Source of the DNA: Dehalococcoidia bacterium
Lineage (GTDB): Bacteria; Chloroflexota; Dehalococcoidia; Lucifugimonadales; Australimonadaceae
Reading direction: 5' to 3'
NCBI GenBank assembly: GCA_965208625.1
Contig: OZ242348.1
Span: forward strand, 1,987,957-2,051,956
DNA: 64,000 bases
Both the position numbers and the translations under genes were made by a program. Under the pieces are notes generated by a model. It saw nothing but the letters and a program-made list of their open reading frames with translations, did not search any database and was not told the origin of the DNA. How positions within the stretch are numbered: the stretch's first letter is position 1; each line of letters begins with the position of its first letter. Of the stretch, positions 61,115-64,000 are shown piece after piece.

Positions 61115-61908
61115 CAGAGCACACGCTCCTCGCGGAGGCGCAGGGCAAGCTTGCGCCCGGCGTCCGCGTCGTCGTCGCCGGTGATTATCTCGGTCTGCAC
61201 CGCGCGCTCAGGTTTCTTCAGAGACACAAGCTCGAACGCGGGCGATGCCGCGCCATCGAGGTCGAGGTCGGCGGCGCTCCACACGGTCGGCTGCACACGC
61301 CGCGCCGCCATGATGCCGCGCATGTTGGGGTACCGGGGCGTTCCAAGCTCGTTCGAGACAGTGACGACTGCCGGCAACGATGCTTCGACGGTCTCGTGGC
61401 CGTCCGGCAGAACGCGCTCGACGCGCACCGTGCCGTCCAACACCTCGACCTTCCGTCCGATGGTCGCAACTGCCCACCCGAGGGATTCGGCGACGCCGAG
61501 CGGCACCTGCGCGTTGTCCCAGTCGCTCGCCTGCCGGCCGGAGATGACGATGTCTACGTCGCCCAGTTTGCGTATGGCGGCGGTGAGCGCCGCAACCGCC
61601 ATCGTGGGATCGATGGAGTTCTCGAAGGCTGCGTCCTGGAGTAGAACCAGCTCGTCCGCACCCATCGCCAGGGGCTTCTTGATGACGTCGAGGGCGAAGT
61701 CGGTGCCGCAGGAGAGCACGGTGACCTTGGCGTCGCCGTGGGCCTCCTTGATGCGAAGTGCCGCCTCGACGGCCTGCTCGTCGTATCCGTTGACGACCGG
61801 AGGGATGTTGCCCGCGGTGGAGACGGCATTATCAGCGACGTTGAAGGCGGAGAGCGGGGTTTCGGGGTCGAGCACTTGCTTGGCGGTCACCACTATGTGC
61901 AGTGTCAT
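61114..61908 (-). CDS. etfB: Electron transfer flavoprotein beta subunit
   Basis: 264 aa. MTLHIVVTAKQVLDPE..., ..DIVISGRQASDWDNAQV... Its stop overlaps the etfA start by 1 nt. Confidence 0.92.
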   Translation of the reverse strand: MTLHIVVTAKQVLDPETPLSAFNVADNAVSTAGNIPPVVNGYDEQAVEAALRIKEAHGDAKVTVLSCGTDFALDVIKKPLAMGADELVLLQDAAFENSIDPTMAVAALTAAIRKLGDVDIVISGRQASDWDNAQVPLGVAESLGWAVATIGRKVEVLDGTVRVERVLPDGHETVEASLPAVVTVSNELGTPRYPNMRGIMAARRVQPTVWSAADLDLDGAASPAFELVSLKKPERAVQTEIITGDDDADAGRKLALRLREERVL

Positions 61909-62051
61909 GCGTGCCTGACCTCACTGTACCCGGGATCGTCTGCAGAAAAGATTGAGAAAGAATGCACAATCGGATGGTAGCACCGTGGATGGTGCCCGGC
62001 AAGAGAGGCAGGGAGATTACGGATGAGGCGGTCCGGCAGGGTTCGGAAGGG

Positions 62052-63845
62052 CTAGTGGTGAGCGCGCAGGTAGTGGAGGATCTCCTGCATCACCTTGCAG
62101 TCCACCTCGTTGTAGGCGGCGATCTCCTGCATGAGCTCGGTGTCGATGAGGCGAACGCCTTGCTCGGCTGCCTCATCGTCGCAGCGCCACGCGCCAACCA
62201 TCGCACCCATCCCGTCCACCTTGGAACTGCCCCAGTCGGTCTCGATGAGGCCGTGGTCGTGGAACGCTCGCGCGACAGATTTGAGCCCGAAGCCCATCGA
62301 ACCCTTCACGACGACCGGCTCCTTGCGAACGACCTTGCGCAGCAGGTCGAACCAATTGACCATGGGCCAGCCCTTCGCGGGATGCCGCTTCCGGGCCGAG
62401 TTGTACGCCGTCTCGTAGTTGATCTCTTCCGCAGGCGCCCAGTGGAAGAGGCGGGGCTCATCCTCACCACCGAGCCGGGCCTGGGTCTCCCGCATATGGG
62501 CAAGCCACGCGTCTATCGCCCGCGCCTCGCTGGGCTCATCCAACCGGTCAGTGGTGAACTGCGCGAACTGCCATTCGCCGCCCTCCACGTGTCCGCAGCC
62601 GATCATGAAGATGGTGGTCTGTCCACCGCGTTCGGGGAACGTGGAGAAGTCGTCTTTCAGGTCGGTGACGTACTCGAAGTCCACGAAGAATTCGACCGGA
62701 GGCTGTTCGCGCCATTCGCTCTCCGCAGCGCGGACATGGGCAGGACGAACGACCGGGCCGTCGTTCCTGTGCACATCAAGGATCGCCTCCAGGACCGGCT
62801 GCGTGGCTGGCCCTGTAACACCCAGCGACTCGGCAGTGGCCTGCGGATCCAGCCAGGACGTGATCCCGTTGCGCACGGCTTTGTCCCGCCTCTCAGCGCC
62901 GACCTGCCACAGCTTGGTGAGGTCTTCGAGTTCATCCACGATCTGCTTGATTGCCTTCTCCCAGGGCCAGTCCCCACCGGAAGGCCACAGTTCCGGCACT
63001 GTTGGCGTGGGCAGCGGCTGCCACCGCGCGCCATCCGAGCGCAGTCTGCGCACCCACGCAGCTGCAGCCTCCATTTCTACTTGCACTTCCGCGCTCATGG
63101 AAACCTGGCCGAGCCGCTTCATGGCGTTGGTTACGCGCTCCGAACCCTGCTCCCAGCTGCGGCCGAGCAGGAACGCCCGACGCGGCGCGTAGCCCTGCAG
63201 GCGGGCAAGCGCGTCGTTGTAGACATACAACTGCGCCTTGTAGGCGGGCGACGAGCCGTTGTTGCCGACTTCGCCCTGCTTGGAGGCGTGTACCGTAGTG
63301 AACTTGGCGTCCACCACAACGTAGTGCCACGGCCCGCCGAGGTCCGGCGCGGCAGTGGCAGCTTCTTCCGGCGTGAGATGCTTGGGGAACAGTGCGTCGA
63401 AGACGTCAGACCGGATAAGGAAGTCGGCTGCGCCGTACGTCCTCGATTCCGGGTTCCAGAGTACCGCCTGGTGGATGATGGGGCGACCGTCCGCGAGCGC
63501 CTGGAAGGTCTGCTGGGCAACCTCCACCTCACGGACGTCTTCCGGCTCACGCGAGATGGTGGTGAGCTCATGGAAGGAAGCCAGGTGCCGGGTGACAGCC
63601 TCTTCGAATCTGCCCCCCTGCCCCATGATGAACGGCGCGAAGACGAGCCGCTCGTCGTAACCCTCCGCCGTATCGTCGCGCTGGAACCCGTTGGCTTCGC
63701 CGTACAGGTTGAGCCAGTCGCCGAGCGTGTTCTTCAGCAGGTAGCCCCTGAGCCGCGTGGCCGAGACCCATTCTCCCCATGCCTCGGGGGAGGCAGGGGC
63801 GGCGTAGGTGCCTGCGTCGTTATGAGTGAGAGCGTCGATCCCCAC
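62052..63845 (-). CDS. RecB-family nuclease, TM0106-type (PD-(D/E)xK nuclease N-domain + RNase-H-like 3'-5' exonuclease C-domain)
   Basis: 597 aa, GTG start. ADFLIR...YVVVDAKF nuclease core. C-terminal FFVDFEY..., HWAPAE..., YNEVDCKVM exonuclease motifs. Confidence 0.7.
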   Translation of the reverse strand: MGIDALTHNDAGTYAAPASPEAWGEWVSATRLRGYLLKNTLGDWLNLYGEANGFQRDDTAEGYDERLVFAPFIMGQGGRFEEAVTRHLASFHELTTISREPEDVREVEVAQQTFQALADGRPIIHQAVLWNPESRTYGAADFLIRSDVFDALFPKHLTPEEAATAAPDLGGPWHYVVVDAKFTTVHASKQGEVGNNGSSPAYKAQLYVYNDALARLQGYAPRRAFLLGRSWEQGSERVTNAMKRLGQVSMSAEVQVEMEAAAAWVRRLRSDGARWQPLPTPTVPELWPSGGDWPWEKAIKQIVDELEDLTKLWQVGAERRDKAVRNGITSWLDPQATAESLGVTGPATQPVLEAILDVHRNDGPVVRPAHVRAAESEWREQPPVEFFVDFEYVTDLKDDFSTFPERGGQTTIFMIGCGHVEGGEWQFAQFTTDRLDEPSEARAIDAWLAHMRETQARLGGEDEPRLFHWAPAEEINYETAYNSARKRHPAKGWPMVNWFDLLRKVVRKEPVVVKGSMGFGLKSVARAFHDHGLIETDWGSSKVDGMGAMVGAWRCDDEAAEQGVRLIDTELMQEIAAYNEVDCKVMQEILHYLRAHH

Positions 63846-63854
63846 GAAGGGAGG

Positions 63855-64000
63855 CTACCAGTCCGGGAGGGTCGCCGTCGCACCGGAGGTGAGTTGCTGC
63901 TGGCCCTCTGCGTCGGCGATGAAGAGCGACGTCTGGTCCTCAGGGCCGGACGGGAACACGACGCTGCCGTCGGGGCCCCATGCAACCGACAACTCATTCA
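63855..64000 (-). CDS. C-terminal fragment of a PD40/TolB-like beta-propeller repeat protein (5' part outside window)
   Basis: The minus-strand frame reads ..ELSVAWGPDGSVVFPSGPEDQTSLFIADAEGQQQLTSGATATLPDW*, with the stop at 63855-63857. It is not in the ORF track because it runs off the right edge. Confidence 0.55.
   Translation of the reverse strand, partial: NELSVAWGPDGSVVFPSGPEDQTSLFIADAEGQQQLTSGATATLPDW

Overview
High-GC (about 63-65%) bacterial chromosomal segment, densely coding on both strands. There are no rRNA or tRNA genes, no CRISPR array and no intact mobile element. All calls rest on motif recognition in the supplied ORF translations plus direct reading of the DNA; no database search was possible.

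Content, left to right:
- A truncated SBP lipoprotein, a Rieske oxygenase, a zinc-ribbon/GT-C membrane protein, a GDPD, a MATE exporter and a cupin.
- An aapJQMP-type amino-acid ABC operon.
- A secreted HExxH lipoprotein.
- A roughly 21-kb catabolic region (14.8-35.8 kb). It holds six amidohydrolase_2 paralogs mixed with a CoxL/XDH-type molybdenum subunit, a Zn-ADH, a TRAP transporter, a CMD/AhpD-like protein, a hotdog thioesterase and an MBL hydrolase.
- ruvC-ruvA followed by hicAB, then two methyltransferase/PNPOx genes and orphan OppD/F-like ATPases.
- A higBA-like module, an orphan ProV-like ATPase and leuS, which is flanked by hairpin repeat elements.
- A tandem methyltransferase pair (one apparently frameshifted), then sbcC without sbcD.
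- An HExxH membrane protein, an EF-G paralog, a lone HK97-type portal gene, an RCC1-repeat secreted protein and mfd.
- A DUF1272/small-protein pair, a MetE-like gene, etfBA, a TM0106-type RecB-like nuclease and a truncated PD40-repeat gene.

Most notable observations:
1. The MetE-like gene (58485..59621) is interrupted by a single in-frame UGA exactly at the Cys of the H-x-C zinc-ligand motif. The downstream half is intact and a small stem-loop follows the UGA. This makes it a selenocysteine candidate, with nonsense mutation or sequencing error as the null hypothesis.
2. Its 5' region carries a dense TGAGCAG heptamer array with a perfect 9+9 palindrome, and an 18-nt duplication of the start-codon context.
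3. A dispersed intergenic repeat family (TGTGACAYSCGSCCCTTACGCC...) occurs in three long noncoding regions.
4. There are several orphan components: portal, SbcC, ABC ATPases and a Mo subunit.

The paralog expansion and the PT-linker lipoproteins resemble marine Chloroflexota (SAR202-like). That placement is inference only.
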